Source: Basidiobolus meristosporus CBS 931.73 (Eukaryota; Fungi; Basidiobolomycota). From it: a stretch of 64,000 nucleotides of DNA. Below, piece by piece: positions 63,112-64,000 of the stretch. Location of the stretch: positions 124,001 to 188,000 of the forward strand of contig MCFE01000040.1 in assembly GCA_002104905.1 (NCBI GenBank), in the 5' to 3' direction. Both the position numbers and the translations under genes were made by a program. Every line of letters begins with the position of its first letter. Within the stretch, counting starts at the first letter, position 1. The notes beneath the pieces were generated by a model that worked only from the letters and a program-made list of their open reading frames with translations, ran no database searches and was not told the DNA's origin.

Positions 63112-63652
63112 CTAGATATTATTCCGATGCGAATCGTAATATAACAATATTATAGTGACGAAAACTGTCGAGCTTGTTATCGAAATAAAGAGAATTCGCA
63201 TCGATCTACTCGGCTGAATTGGTGCTCTTGAAGCTCCATGAATATACTGCATTCGAAGATAACTAACCAGCGCCATTGTGATGGCTATTATACCAATGAG
63301 TAGATAGAATATCGCTATCACATGGGCTGCCTCAATATTTGGTAGGATAAAGAAGGGAGGTATACGGCGGTCTGTATGGTGTATGAAAGAGGCCCCAAAG
63401 GACACTAGTGCGATGGAAAAGCGAACCCATGCAAGGAGAGTTCGTTCGTAACCTAACAAAGCCAAGCTCGTCAAATTGATGTAGGAGGGGAATGGCAAGG
63501 ATGTGGAGTGCACCTAATTGATCCCTAGCAGTACTTCCAAGGTTGTTTAGAATGAGGCTTTCTTGATTGAGTGGTTGGCACAACCAACCTGTGGTTCTGG
63601 TAGCTGGGAATAGTAGAGGGTCAGTCTCATGGGCTAGATAGGCGGTCGGCAT
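63112..63652 (-). CDS. DUF202 (YidH/Vtc1-like) three-TM membrane protein, 2 exons
   Basis: Spliced NNLGSTARDQL-GYERTLLAWVRFSIAL matches the DUF202 ARDHLANERTFLAWLR pattern and is followed by hydrophobic helices; ATG at 63652. Confidence 0.85.
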
Positions 63653-64000
63653 GAAGAGACGCCAATGTTGCAGCAAATATTCAAGGTCAAGAGGCTGAGG
63701 GCCTAAACATTGATCGCCATCCCCAATAAACAAAAGCTCGACCCAACCTTATATGAGTATGGCTACCGGCGAAGCCACTTCTAGACGAACCAACTACCGT
63801 TCTTAACCAGCCTAGATTTAACATCAAGGTACGGTCTAAAATAGCCAAATTTAGACATCAGGTGAAGCACAAATGACCAGATCAGCATTTACAGGCCATG
63901 TGTGCCCTGGATTTGAACAATTAACCTAATCATTTTCATGGTTTTGGGTTTTGGTGGAGATCAATCAGCAATATTGACCAAAAAAAACATCATCGCCAGA

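Overview
Eukaryotic, fungal-type genomic DNA with short GT-AG introns (mostly 50-150 nt) and CTAAC/CTAAT branch points. The gene content (GCLM-like subunit, OGT, Rgp1, Swf1-like DHHC, fungal RIB1) suggests an early-diverging fungus; this is an inference and the species cannot be fixed from the sequence. Positions 1-3750 are a nest of Ty1/copia remnants: one gag-protease frame with two premature stops, four related LTR copies or fragments, a PBS and an RNase H remnant. It contains a ~2.1 kb tract with no CpG and is followed by a probable decayed LINE. The rest is a gene-rich housekeeping region: RasGEF, GCDH, GCLM-like, RGP1, MRPL28, a C2H2 protein, a HECT E3, a DHHC palmitoyltransferase, a PARP-type zinc-finger protein, RPL11, CLPX, RIB1, NFS1, a Rad60/Esc2-like protein, an intronless OGT and a DUF202 protein. 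It also holds several orphan ORFs and many stop-riddled coding-like relics between genes. I found no tRNA, rRNA or CRISPR array, and no clear multi-gene novel system. The best leads are the CpG-erased LTR nest, a triplicated frame-preserving repeat, a candidate PP1-docking microprotein and the intronless OGT with a long low-complexity N-terminus. Splicing was done by eye, so exon limits are approximate.
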